A stretch of 64,000 nt of DNA from assembly GCA_027490985.1 (NCBI GenBank), contig JAIXXC010000093.1:4293-68292 (forward strand), given 5' to 3'. The stretch comes from Verrucomicrobiales bacterium. GTDB taxonomy: Bacteria; Verrucomicrobiota; Verrucomicrobiia; Limisphaerales; UBA9464. Of the stretch, positions 36,235-46,782 are shown one piece after another (the stretch's first letter is position 1; each line of letters begins with the position of its first letter). The notes under the pieces are model-generated. The model did no database searches. It was not told the origin of the DNA and saw only the letters and a list, made by a program, of their open reading frames with translations. A program made the translations under genes and the position numbers.

Positions 36235-37956
36235 GTGGCTGCCAAAGACGATTTTCTGCTCGAAACCATGCTCGACATGGGTCTCACGACCCATGAGGCC
36301 GTCGAAGAGGTGCGTCCGGAGGCCGAGTCCGCCGGCGAAGGCGTGGTCGACACCCTGGTCAAGACCGGCCGCCTGGAGGCCTCGCTGGTCGTCATGGCCA
36401 AGTCGACCTACTTCGGCGTCGAGATGGTCAACCTGTCGGAGACCCGCCTGACCGACGAGGTGATCAACGCCGTGCCCCGGCACGTGGCCCGCAAATACAA
36501 TGCGGTGCCGGTGGCCGAGCACGAGGGCACCGTGGTGGTGGCCCTGGCCGACCCGTCCGACATCGAGGCCATCGACGGCCTCCAGGTGTCCCTGGGCAAG
36601 ACCCTCGAGTACCGCGTCACCAGCGAAGAAGACCTCAAGGCCGCCCTCGACAAGTACTACGGCAACACCAGTTCCGGGGGCCGCGGCGATTCCGAGATCG
36701 CCAAGATGATCCAGGACATCACCGAGGGTGAGGTCGAGATCGGGGAGCTCAAGGGCGACGTGCGGGCCGACAACGAGGCCCTCGACGCCGACGCGCCCAT
36801 CATCCGATTGGTCAACCAGATCATCGTCGACGCCTTCAAGCTCCGCGCTTCGGACATCCACCTCGAGCCCATGGGCAAGCGCTTCCGCCTGCGCTACCGC
36901 ATCGACGGCATGATGACCGAGATGAAGGACATCCCGAAGCGGCTGCAGGCTCCGGTGGTCGCTCGTCTCAAGATTTCCTCGGGAATGAGCATCGCCGAAA
37001 AGCGCATTCCCCAGGACGGTCGTATCCAGACCAACGTGGGCGGCAAGGTCATCGACCTGCGTGTCAACGTCATCCCCTGTTCCCATGGCGAATCGATCGT
37101 CATGCGTATTCTGGACAAGTCCGGTCTCCGCCTGGGCTTGGCCGAATTGGGGTTCATGGCCGACGATCAGGCCAATTTCGAGCGGATGATCGCCTTGCCC
37201 GACGGCATCCTCCTGGTCACCGGCCCCACCGGCTCCGGCAAGACGACCACGCTCTACAGCTGTCTCAACTACATCAATCGTCCGGACCGCAAGATCATCA
37301 CCGTTGAAGACCCGGTCGAGTACATGCTCGCGGGCATCAACCAGGTGCAGGTCCACGAGCACATCGGCTTCACCTTCGCGGCCGCGTTGCGCTCCATGCT
37401 CCGTCAGTCGCCCAACGTGATCATGCTGGGAGAAATCCGCGACATGGAGACCGCGACCATCGCCATCAACGCGTCGCTGACCGGTCACTTGGTGTTCTCC
37501 ACGCTGCACACCAACGATGCTCCGTCGGCGGTGGCCCGTTTGATCGATATCGGTGTGAAACCGTTCTTGGTTGCGTCATCCGCACGCTGCCTCATGGCCC
37601 AGCGTCTGGTCCGCAAGGTCTGCAAGAAGTGCGCCGCACCCCACGCGTTGACCGAGCAGGAGATCGCTGGCTTGGGCTTCACTCCGGAGCAAGTCGCCTC
37701 GGCCACGGCTCGCAAGGGCAAGGGGTGCCCCGAGTGCAACAAGACCGGGTGCAAGGGGCGTTTCGGCCTCTTCGAGATCTTCAACATCAACGACGAGGCC
37801 CGGAAGCTCATCTACGACAAGGTTCCGTCCAACGTGCTGCGCAACCGCGCCCGCGAGATGGGCATGCGCACCCTCCGCGAAGACGGCATGCGCAAGGTCC
37901 TGGCGGGTGTCACCACCGTCGACGAAGTCGTCCGGGCCACCGTCTCGGAGCACTGA
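36235..37956 (+). CDS. gspE: GspE/PulE/PilB-family type IV filament assembly ATPase (paralogue 1)
   Basis: 573-aa ORF with a GTG start and an N-terminal T2SSE_N/MshEN-like domain. It has Walker A (GPTGSGKTTT), the Asp box, Walker B (IMLGEIRD), the His box ([14 protein letters not shown]) and the tetracysteine CKKC...CPEC. Confidence 0.95.
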   Translation: MAAKDDFLLETMLDMGLTTHEAVEEVRPEAESAGEGVVDTLVKTGRLEASLVVMAKSTYFGVEMVNLSETRLTDEVINAVPRHVARKYNAVPVAEHEGTVVVALADPSDIEAIDGLQVSLGKTLEYRVTSEEDLKAALDKYYGNTSSGGRGDSEIAKMIQDITEGEVEIGELKGDVRADNEALDADAPIIRLVNQIIVDAFKLRASDIHLEPMGKRFRLRYRIDGMMTEMKDIPKRLQAPVVARLKISSGMSIAEKRIPQDGRIQTNVGGKVIDLRVNVIPCSHGESIVMRILDKSGLRLGLAELGFMADDQANFERMIALPDGILLVTGPTGSGKTTTLYSCLNYINRPDRKIITVEDPVEYMLAGINQVQVHEHIGFTFAAALRSMLRQSPNVIMLGEIRDMETATIAINASLTGHLVFSTLHTNDAPSAVARLIDIGVKPFLVASSARCLMAQRLVRKVCKKCAAPHALTEQEIAGLGFTPEQVASATARKGKGCPECNKTGCKGRFGLFEIFNINDEARKLIYDKVPSNVLRNRAREMGMRTLREDGMRKVLAGVTTVDEVVRATVSEH

Positions 37957-38076
37957 TGCGACCCATCCCGACCATGACTGGCCCCGGATTTGCTTTGTTT
38001 TCCACGGCGTCGACGGCCCCGAGCGGCCGTTCCCGAGCCCACTGAACGAACTCTCCAGAACCTTTCCGAATCGCCC

Positions 38077-39177
38077 ATGTCCTACCAGATGTCCGACCTG
38101 CTGCAGTTGATGGTCTCCGAAGGCGGAGCCGACCTGCACATCCGGGTCAACATTCCCCCTGTCATCCGCATCCACGGCATCCTCCAGCGCGTCGACGGCC
38201 CGCCGTTGCGCCCCGAGGACACCGAGGAGCTGATGCGGTCCATCACCTCCGAAGACCACATCCAGCAGATCCGCGAGAAGGGCGGCGCCGACTTCGGGTT
38301 CGCCTTCGGTGAGTTGGCCCGTTTCCGTGTCAGCGCGTTCAAGGAGAAGGGCAACTTCGCCCTCGTTCTGCGGCAGATCCCCTCGAAGCTCCTGACGATG
38401 GAGCAGATCGGCATCCCGAGCAGCGTGCGCAACCTCATCAACAAGCCCCGCGGTCTGGTGCTGGTGGTGGGACCCACCGGTTCGGGCAAGACGACGACGT
38501 TGGCCTCGCTCCTCAACATCCTCAACGAGGAGAAGGACGAAGCCCACATCATCACCATCGAAGACCCCATCGAGTATTACCACAAGCACAAGAAGGCCGT
38601 GGTGACCCAGCGGGAGGTCAATGTCGATGTGCCCTCGTTCGCCGAGGCCCTGCGTCGCGCGTTGCGTCAGGATCCCGACATCATCCTGGTGGGTGAGCTT
38701 CGCGACTTGGAGACGATGGAAGCGGCCATCACGGCGGCCGAAACCGGTCACTTGGTCTTCGGAACCCTGCACACCACGGGTGCGGCCAAGACCATCGACC
38801 GTATCGTCAACGCCTTCCCGCAGAACCAGCAGGAGACCATCCGCATCCAGCTCTCCACGGTGCTTCAGGGCGTGATCTCGCAGCTGCTCGTGCCCCGCAT
38901 CGACAAGCCGGGCCGCGTGGCGGTGTTCGAGATCATGATCAACACGCCCTCGGTGGCGGCGCTGATCCGCGACAACAAGACCTTCCGCATCCAGTCCGAC
39001 ATCCAGACCGGCTCCAAGTACGGCATGGTCACCCTCGACGGCTTCCTGCTCGACAAGTGGCAGGCCGGCATGATCTCCGAGGAGGATGTGATCACCAAGG
39101 CGCTGGACCCCATGACCATCACCCAGAAGCTGGACGAGCTCCGCGCCGCCAAGGCCGAGACCCAGGCCCGCAAGTAA
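38077..39177 (+). CDS. pilT: type IV pilus retraction ATPase PilT
   Basis: Internal ATG (MSYQMSDLLQLMVSEGGADLHI) of ORF 37990..39177, giving 366 aa. It has Walker A (GPTGSGKTTT) and ILVGELRD. The PilT-specific C-terminal signature AALIRDNKTFRIQSDIQTGSKYGMVTLD is present. Confidence 0.95.
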   Translation: MSYQMSDLLQLMVSEGGADLHIRVNIPPVIRIHGILQRVDGPPLRPEDTEELMRSITSEDHIQQIREKGGADFGFAFGELARFRVSAFKEKGNFALVLRQIPSKLLTMEQIGIPSSVRNLINKPRGLVLVVGPTGSGKTTTLASLLNILNEEKDEAHIITIEDPIEYYHKHKKAVVTQREVNVDVPSFAEALRRALRQDPDIILVGELRDLETMEAAITAAETGHLVFGTLHTTGAAKTIDRIVNAFPQNQQETIRIQLSTVLQGVISQLLVPRIDKPGRVAVFEIMINTPSVAALIRDNKTFRIQSDIQTGSKYGMVTLDGFLLDKWQAGMISEEDVITKALDPMTITQKLDELRAAKAETQARK

Positions 39178-39201
39178 CCTTCCACCGACTCCCCACCCGC
39201 C

Positions 39202-40905
<1,704 letters not shown>

Positions 40906-40951
40906 TTCCGTCCGGACATTCCGACGACACCGATTTCACGAGGATACCGAT

Positions 40952-42322
40952 ATGGGCAAATTCAACTACGTTGCCATGGACAGCACTGGCAAGGAGACCA
41001 AGGGTGTCCTCGAGGTGGGCAGCCAGGCCGAGGCGCTCAACCGCCTGAAGGAAATGGGCTTCCTGCCGACCAAGGTCACCGAGGTGGCTCCGCCCAAGTC
41101 CGACGCCAAGGGGGCCAAGGGCGGCAAGGGGGCCGCGGGCGCGGCCGGCGGCAAGGGGGGCAAGAAGGGCGCGGGTCAGATCAACATCAAGATCCCCGGA
41201 TTCGGCGGCAAGGTGAAGGCCAAGGTGTTGACCACCTTCACCCGTCAGCTCGCCACCCTGGTCGAAGCGGGTCTGCCGCTCTTGCGCGGTCTGCGCGTGC
41301 TCGAGAAGCAGGAGCGCAACCCGGTCCTCAAGAAGATCCTTGGTGATCTGTCGCTCTCCATCGAAGGCGGTTCCACCTTCTCCGAAGGTCTGGCCCAGCA
41401 CCCGAAGGTCTTCAACCGCCTGTTCATCAACATGGTGAAGGCGGGCGAACTGGGCGGTGTGCTCGAGGTCGTGCTCAAGCGCTTGGCCGAGTTCATGGAG
41501 AAGGCCGAGAAGATCAAGGGCAAGGTCGTCGCGGCCATGTTCTATCCCATCGCGGTCATGGTGGTCGCGGTGGGCATCGTGGCGCTGCTCATGATCGTCG
41601 TGGTGCCCAAGTTCAAGATGATCTTCGCCGACCTGCTCGGCGGCGATGCGGGCATGCCCGAGTTCACGCTGTTCGTGCTGAAGATCTCCGAGACCCTGAA
41701 GGACAACACGGTCATCTTCCCCGACTGGTTCTTCGGCGGCATGCCCTTTCCCGGTCAGGTCGTCTGGGGCGTCGTGATCTTCGTCATCTCCTTCAAGTTC
41801 GCCATCAAGACCAAGAAGGGCATGTGGTACTTCGACAAGTTCAAGCTCAACATGCCCGCACTCGGTCCGGTGATCAGCAAGGTGGCCATCGCCCGCTTCA
41901 CCCGTACCCTCGGCACGCTGGTCCAATCGGGTGTGCCCATCCTTCAGGCTCTGAACATCGTCCGTGAGACGGCCGGCAACGTGGTGGTGGCCAAGGCGGT
42001 TTTGGATATTCACGAATCGGTCAAGGAGGGTGAAACCATCACCGCTCCGCTTGAAAAATCGGGCGTCTTCCCGCCGATGGTCGTGTCGATGGTCGACGTC
42101 GGTGAGCAGACCGGTGCGTTGCCCGAGATGCTCCTGAAGATCTCCGACAACTACGACGAAGAGGTCGACAACGCCGTCTCGGCCATGACCTCCCTGCTCG
42201 AACCGATCATGATCGTGTTTTTGGCGGTGGTCGTCGGTTCCATCGTCATCGCGATGTTCCTCCCGCTCATCAAGCTGATGGAAACCCTCGGTGGCGACGC
42301 CGGCGGTGGCGGTGACAACTAA
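40952..42322 (+). CDS. gspF: GspF/PilC-family inner-membrane platform protein
   Basis: 456-aa ORF with two T2SSF repeats (FTRQLATLVEAGLPLLRGL... and FTRTLGTLVQSGVPILQAL...) and 3 TM segments. An unusual Lys/Gly/Ala-rich insert sits near the N-terminus. Confidence 0.95.
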   Translation: MGKFNYVAMDSTGKETKGVLEVGSQAEALNRLKEMGFLPTKVTEVAPPKSDAKGAKGGKGAAGAAGGKGGKKGAGQINIKIPGFGGKVKAKVLTTFTRQLATLVEAGLPLLRGLRVLEKQERNPVLKKILGDLSLSIEGGSTFSEGLAQHPKVFNRLFINMVKAGELGGVLEVVLKRLAEFMEKAEKIKGKVVAAMFYPIAVMVVAVGIVALLMIVVVPKFKMIFADLLGGDAGMPEFTLFVLKISETLKDNTVIFPDWFFGGMPFPGQVVWGVVIFVISFKFAIKTKKGMWYFDKFKLNMPALGPVISKVAIARFTRTLGTLVQSGVPILQALNIVRETAGNVVVAKAVLDIHESVKEGETITAPLEKSGVFPPMVVSMVDVGEQTGALPEMLLKISDNYDEEVDNAVSAMTSLLEPIMIVFLAVVVGSIVIAMFLPLIKLMETLGGDAGGGGDN

Positions 42323-42335
42323 AGGCCGTTGATCA

Positions 42336-42366
42336 GGGCCATCGGTGCAAGCCGGTGGCCCTTTTT
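42336..42366 (+). terminator. Rho-independent terminator after gspF
   Basis: GGGCCATCGG-TGCAAG-CCGGTGGCCC forms a 10-bp stem with one G-U pair and is immediately followed by TTTTT. It starts 14 nt after the gspF stop. Confidence 0.8.
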
Positions 42367-42386
42367 GATATCGAAACCGGGTGAAC

Positions 42387-42415
42387 TTGACGGGGTCGCC
42401 GCGTGGGTGTAAATA
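42387..42415 (+). promoter_or_regulatory. candidate promoter in the AT-richer stretch upstream of brnT
   Basis: TTGACG (42387..42392), a 17-nt spacer, then TAAATA (42410..42415). It overlaps or abuts the inverted repeat TGTAA-N11-TTACA (about 42408..42428), which could be an operator. It lies about 55 nt upstream of the brnT ATG. Confidence 0.35.
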
Positions 42416-42471
42416 CAAAGTAGTTACATTGAATGCGCATCGGCCATACGCAGATGGATTGGATGGACTGA

Positions 42472-42759
42472 ATGGAGTTCGACTGGACCAACCTGCCGTT
42501 CGAGCCCGATGCCTCGATCTCCCTGGCGGGCATCGAGGAGTCGTTCGAAGACCCCTTTGCCATCCGTCTGCTGCCCGACTCGGCCCGGTTCGGGGTGCAG
42601 GCGCGCTTCTTCAATCTCGGGAAATCGGCGACGGGGCAGGGGTTCTTCAGCGTGTACCGCACCAACGGCAAGGTCATCCGGGTGGTTCTGTCGCGGCCGT
42701 TCAGCGAGTCCGAGGCGTACTTCTACCAACGGCGGATGAGTCAATCGCTCTCGGCCTAG
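42472..42759 (+). CDS. brnT: BrnT-family (DUF497) ribonuclease toxin
   Basis: 95-aa ORF. The pattern MEFDW...FEDPFA...RFFNLGKSATGQGFFSVYRTNGKVIRVVLSRPFSESEAYFY fits the DUF497 pattern (F.W ... F.DP ... R....G ... iRiiSaR.as..E...Y). Confidence 0.7.
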   Translation: MEFDWTNLPFEPDASISLAGIEESFEDPFAIRLLPDSARFGVQARFFNLGKSATGQGFFSVYRTNGKVIRVVLSRPFSESEAYFYQRRMSQSLSA

Positions 42760-42765
42760 CCGGAA

Positions 42766-42916
42766 CGATTCAGTTGGATCGGTCGCGCTGGCTGCGTCTT
42801 CTTCCGCAAGAGCTTCGTTGTTCGCTCGTTACGGGCCTTCCATCGGCCCGCGCCTCGCTCTCGCCTCGTCTTGCGAAAGAATCCGCCACGCCATCCCTTG
42901 CCTCCCAACTGAATCG
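42766..42916. repeat. 12-bp perfect inverted repeat pair inside the brnT-brnA spacer
   Basis: CGATTCAGTTGG (42766..42777) and CCAACTGAATCG (42905..42916) are exact reverse complements 127 nt apart. They bracket most of the unusually long 201-nt toxin-antitoxin spacer. Confidence 0.5.
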
Positions 42917-42960
42917 GTCCGGCCGAGCCCGCCCGGTCGCCCTTTTCTTGGCCAGAGTCC

Positions 42961-43242
42961 ATGAATCTCCAGACCATCCAGTCGTGGGACGATGTCCCGC
43001 TCTTCGACAGCGAGCAGGCGGAGGCCGACTTCTGGGCCGAGAACCAGATCGATCTCCGCTTGATGGAGCTCTCGGCCACCGCCGGTTCCGAGCAGTCCGA
43101 ATCGGTGACCATCACCCTGCGGATGGATCCCCGGATGCTCAGTCGGATCAAGCGTCTGGCCCGTTCCCGGTTCCTCAACTACCAGAGCATGATCAAACAA
43201 TGGTTGAGCGAGCGCATGGAAAAGGAATTGAAGGACCGGTGA
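42961..43242 (+). CDS. brnA: BrnA-family antitoxin (CopG/RHH-like)
   Basis: 93-aa ORF. DSEQAEADFWAENQID ... VTITLRMDPRMLSRIKRLARSRFLNYQSMIKQWLSERMEKEL matches the BrnA pattern (seeEe.kFW..hd ... isiRl....l..lK.lA...g.pYQsLIK.wL.Er...E). Confidence 0.8.
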   Translation: MNLQTIQSWDDVPLFDSEQAEADFWAENQIDLRLMELSATAGSEQSESVTITLRMDPRMLSRIKRLARSRFLNYQSMIKQWLSERMEKELKDR

Positions 43243-43276
43243 TCCTTCGGGAAAGTCACCTCTCCCGTGTGAAGCC

Positions 43277-44062
43277 ATGAGATCCTGCAGTCCAACCTTT
43301 CCGCGTCCGCCGGCCCCGACCCGGCGGGTGGCTGCGTTCACACTGCTCGAACTGCTGGTGGTGATGTCCATCATCGGCATCCTGGCCGGCATGGTCGTGG
43401 GCCTCGCACCGGCGGCGGCGACCAAGATGAAGGAGGCCCGGGTGCGTACCGAGCTCCAGCAGTTGGTGACTCTCATCGAGGCCTACAAGGCCCGCTTCGG
43501 CGTGTATCCGCCCGACGGCGTGAGCCGCATCGCGGTGGCGGGTCAGGGATTCCAGACCGTGCCGAATCCGGCCTTGAGCCCGCTCTTCTACGAGCTGTCC
43601 GGGGTGTACCTGACCAATGCGTCCAGCGTCGACGGCTACTTCATTCCCCGCGCCGATGCCGACGATGGCGACGGGATCCGTTCGGGCGAATTGCAGACCT
43701 GGTTCGGCCGCGAGGGAATCCTCAACGCCAAGCCCTACGAGTTGCGCAACCGGCTCTTCATCAGCGATTTCAAGGAAAGCCAATACGCCGAGGTGTTCCG
43801 CAACCGGACCGATGCCGGGTACGCCGACATCGAGGTACTGGCGGTGGGTTACTCCTCCGATGCCTCCGGCAAGCGGGTCAACGGATTGCCCTGGCCCAAC
43901 AACCGGACCGACCACCCCGTTCCCTCCAACAAGGGGTTGAACCCCTGGCGCTACGTTTCCACCAATCCGACCAACAACCCCGGTGGCTTCGACCTGTGGG
44001 CCGAGATCCCCGTGGGCCGCGACCGCGTGAAGATCATCGGCAATTGGAAGGAATCCAACTAG
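43277..44062 (+). CDS. pseudopilin / type IV pilin-like protein (GspG-like, long)
   Basis: 261-aa ORF with a class III signal (RRVAA|FTLLELLVVMSIIGILAGMVVG) that has Glu at +5. The C-terminus is GspG-like (FDLWAEIPVGRDRVKIIGNW). It starts 34 nt after brnA. Confidence 0.85.
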   Translation: MRSCSPTFPRPPAPTRRVAAFTLLELLVVMSIIGILAGMVVGLAPAAATKMKEARVRTELQQLVTLIEAYKARFGVYPPDGVSRIAVAGQGFQTVPNPALSPLFYELSGVYLTNASSVDGYFIPRADADDGDGIRSGELQTWFGREGILNAKPYELRNRLFISDFKESQYAEVFRNRTDAGYADIEVLAVGYSSDASGKRVNGLPWPNNRTDHPVPSNKGLNPWRYVSTNPTNNPGGFDLWAEIPVGRDRVKIIGNWKESN

Positions 44063-44112
44063 TGGCCCCCCTTTCCCACCTTCCCCTCGTTTTGACCCGC
44101 GACAGAGAACCC

Positions 44113-44892
44113 ATGAAGACCCGAACGACCGCCCAACGCCGGAGCGCCTTCACGCTCATCGAACTCCTCGTCGTCATCGCCATCATCGGCATCCTTGCGG
44201 CCATGCTGCTGCCGGCCATCGCCTCGGCGACCACCAAGGCCAAGTCGGCCAAGGCCAAGGTCGAGGTCACAGGCATCGTGGGCGCGATCAATTCGTACCA
44301 GGCCGACTACTCTCGATTGCCGGCCACCAAGCGGACCCGCGACGCGCACGGTCTGCCCACCCGACCGGCCACCGCGCCCGACTGGATCTTCGGCAATGCC
44401 AACACGCCCGATGCCAAGGGCGTGCTGCCCACCCCCACCGTCGCCACCAAGATCGGCTACCAGCAGGTGCGTGATCAGGGCAACAGCGGCCGCGACGCCG
44501 ACAACTCCGAGGTGATGGCCATCCTCACGGCGCAGACCGTGGCCGATGTCCAGGGCGGCACCGCCGATGCGGTCAACCTCAACAACAACCAGAATCCCAA
44601 GCGCACGGTGTACCTGGCCGCCAAGGCGGTGGGCCGCAACCAGCCCAACGGCGTCGACGACCTCGGCGTCTACCGCGACCCGTGGGGTCATCCCTACATC
44701 GTCATCCTCGATCTCGACTACGACAGCCGCGTGCTGAGCCCCTTCCCGCTGGTGGCCCCGGGCCGTCCGGCCCAGGCCCGCTTCATTCCGGGCAATGCGC
44801 TGGTGATGTCGCTCGGTCCGGACGGCAAGGCCGATTTCACCGCCGATCAGGATCACCCGAACAACCGCGACAACATCTACAGCTGGAAGTAA
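44113..44892 (+). CDS. gspG: GspG-like major pseudopilin
   Basis: Internal ATG (MKTRTTAQRRSA|FTLIELLVVIAIIGILAAMLLPA) of ORF 43996..44892, giving 259 aa. It has the GspG-like segments AKVEVTGIVGAINSYQADYSRLP and LVMSLGPDGKADF...DNIYSW. Confidence 0.85.
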   Translation: MKTRTTAQRRSAFTLIELLVVIAIIGILAAMLLPAIASATTKAKSAKAKVEVTGIVGAINSYQADYSRLPATKRTRDAHGLPTRPATAPDWIFGNANTPDAKGVLPTPTVATKIGYQQVRDQGNSGRDADNSEVMAILTAQTVADVQGGTADAVNLNNNQNPKRTVYLAAKAVGRNQPNGVDDLGVYRDPWGHPYIVILDLDYDSRVLSPFPLVAPGRPAQARFIPGNALVMSLGPDGKADFTADQDHPNNRDNIYSWK

Positions 44893-44934
44893 GCGTCCGA
44901 TTCCGATCCCGCCCCTCGCGGCCCAACCCCCACC

Positions 44935-45849
44935 ATGAAGCTCCCAGGACCCACCGGTCGTTCGACCTCTCCGGCCCCGCGCCGGCGGATCGCGGCCCCG
45001 GCCTTCACCCTCCTCGAACTGCTCGTGGTGGTGGCGGTGATCGGGCTCTTGGCGGGCATCACGGCCCCGGCGATCCGGGGCATGGTGCAGGGCAAGACGC
45101 TGGCCAGTGGCCATCGGCAGCTCACCGATGACTTGAACCGCGCCCGGCAAGAGGCGCTGCGGTTGCGGACGACGGTCTATGTGGTCTTCGCCCCGACCAA
45201 TGTCTGGCAGACGCGCCTGTCGCTCGATGCCCAGATCGAGTCGATGATCTCGTCGCAGTTGGCGCCGCAGCGGTTCCGGGAGCAGGCGTTGCGCAGTTTC
45301 ACCAACATCGCTCTGGGCGTGTTCCACTCCTATGCACTCCTGGTGGAGCGCGAGATCGGGGCCCAACCCGGTCGCAACCACACCCGCTACCTCGGGCCGG
45401 GTTGGCAGACCTTGCCCGAGGGCGTCATCCTCTCGCCCAAGTTGTTCTTCCCCTCGCCCCTGACCCCCACCGATCGGCAGGACCAGGCCATCCATGAACT
45501 GCCCCAGCGGCCGTTCCACTTCCCGATTGCCGAATTCCCGGGCGACACCCTTCCGGCCATTCCCATGCGCTTCGTGGCGTTCGGCCCCGACGGTCGACTG
45601 GCCCTCGATGAGATGAATCAATACTGGGCCCTCAACGGCCGCCCTGAGCTGAGGTTGCCCCCCATGTCCGAATTCGCTCTGGGCGTGGGGCAGGGGAGCG
45701 TCTTCATCGCGCGGGACGCCGCCGGCCGGATCGATCCGACCGTGGTGCCCGATGCCATCGAGACCCCGCGCGACAACGCCACCAACAACCGGGTGATCGT
45801 CTCGAGCCTCACCGGCCGCTCCCGGATCCTCAAACCCGTCCTCCGCTGA
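44935..45849 (+). CDS. minor pseudopilin (GspH-like)
   Basis: 304-aa ORF with a class III signal (RRRIAAPA|FTLLELLVVVAVIGLLAGI). The helix LTDDLNRARQEALRLRTTVYVVF is GspH-like. The assignment rests on position and order. Confidence 0.7.
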   Translation: MKLPGPTGRSTSPAPRRRIAAPAFTLLELLVVVAVIGLLAGITAPAIRGMVQGKTLASGHRQLTDDLNRARQEALRLRTTVYVVFAPTNVWQTRLSLDAQIESMISSQLAPQRFREQALRSFTNIALGVFHSYALLVEREIGAQPGRNHTRYLGPGWQTLPEGVILSPKLFFPSPLTPTDRQDQAIHELPQRPFHFPIAEFPGDTLPAIPMRFVAFGPDGRLALDEMNQYWALNGRPELRLPPMSEFALGVGQGSVFIARDAAGRIDPTVVPDAIETPRDNATNNRVIVSSLTGRSRILKPVLR

Positions 45850-46778
45850 TGAGAATCCACGGCCAATCCGACTCGTCCGTCTCGTGGAATCCGCTGCGGC
45901 GGCCGGCCGGCCCCTCGGGCGGCACGGCGGCCTTCACGATGATCGAGATCGCCCTGTGCATCGCCGTGGTGGCGATCGCCATGGTGGCCATCATCGGCGT
46001 GCTGCCGGCGGGCCTCAATGTCCAGAAGCAGAACCGCGAGGAGTCGCTGCTCACGCAGGATGCCGAACTGCTCCTCAACGCGCTCCGCGGGGGGCAGACC
46101 CGCTTGCAGGATTTGTTGAACTACGCCGATCGCGTGACCCTGGTGCGTCAGTACCGCGACCGCGCCCCGACCCGGACCAACCATTTCCATGGCCCTCTGG
46201 TGCAGGGCACGCCCGCAGGCTCCGATCCGCTGGTCGACGCCTTCCAGGTGCTGGGCCTGATCAGCCGACCCAAGTACACCCAGGAGGCTTCCTCGGTCAG
46301 CCGGGGCAATCCCGTGGTCGTCACCAATACCGTGCAACTCGAGATGCGGTCCATGAGCGGTTCGATGGCCGACCATCCGATCATCCGCAAGGGCGAGCGC
46401 CGCACGTTGCCCAACGACACCCGCATCGACTTCGCCTTCCGCTACCGGGTCACCTTCGAGACGGTGACCCGACAGCCCGTGCTGGTGCCCGGGGCGACCC
46501 AGTTGCCGGCCGACAGCATGGCCAGCGCCGTCTCCGAGGTCCGGATGATCCTCGAATGGCCGTTGCAGCGCACCGGCACCGATCCCCATCAATATCGGTT
46601 GGGTCTCAATCGTCGGGAGTTCCGGACCGAGGTGCTGGGCCAGCCCACACGCCTGCAGGGCAATGTCCCGCAAGATCTCACCTACTTCGGCGACATCGTC
46701 TACCCGTTCAATCCGGCTCCCGACAATCCGGGGCCCAATGTCATCCATTTCTACCGGTTCCCGCCGGGTGCCCTGTGA
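45849..46778 (+). CDS. minor pseudopilin (GspI-like position)
   Basis: 309-aa ORF whose ATG overlaps the preceding stop by 1 nt (TGATG). It has a class III signal (GGTAA|FTMIEIALCIAVVAIAMVAIIGVLP). Confidence 0.7.
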   Translation: MRIHGQSDSSVSWNPLRRPAGPSGGTAAFTMIEIALCIAVVAIAMVAIIGVLPAGLNVQKQNREESLLTQDAELLLNALRGGQTRLQDLLNYADRVTLVRQYRDRAPTRTNHFHGPLVQGTPAGSDPLVDAFQVLGLISRPKYTQEASSVSRGNPVVVTNTVQLEMRSMSGSMADHPIIRKGERRTLPNDTRIDFAFRYRVTFETVTRQPVLVPGATQLPADSMASAVSEVRMILEWPLQRTGTDPHQYRLGLNRREFRTEVLGQPTRLQGNVPQDLTYFGDIVYPFNPAPDNPGPNVIHFYRFPPGAL

Positions 46779-46782
46779 TCGT

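Noticed and set aside
42323-43276. The toxin-antitoxin wedge as part of a mobile element (transposon, integron cassette or prophage remnant)
   Set aside because: No transposase, integrase, attC-like site or flanking direct repeats were seen. Only lower GC and one internal 12-bp inverted repeat are present. Horizontal origin remains possible but is unsupported.
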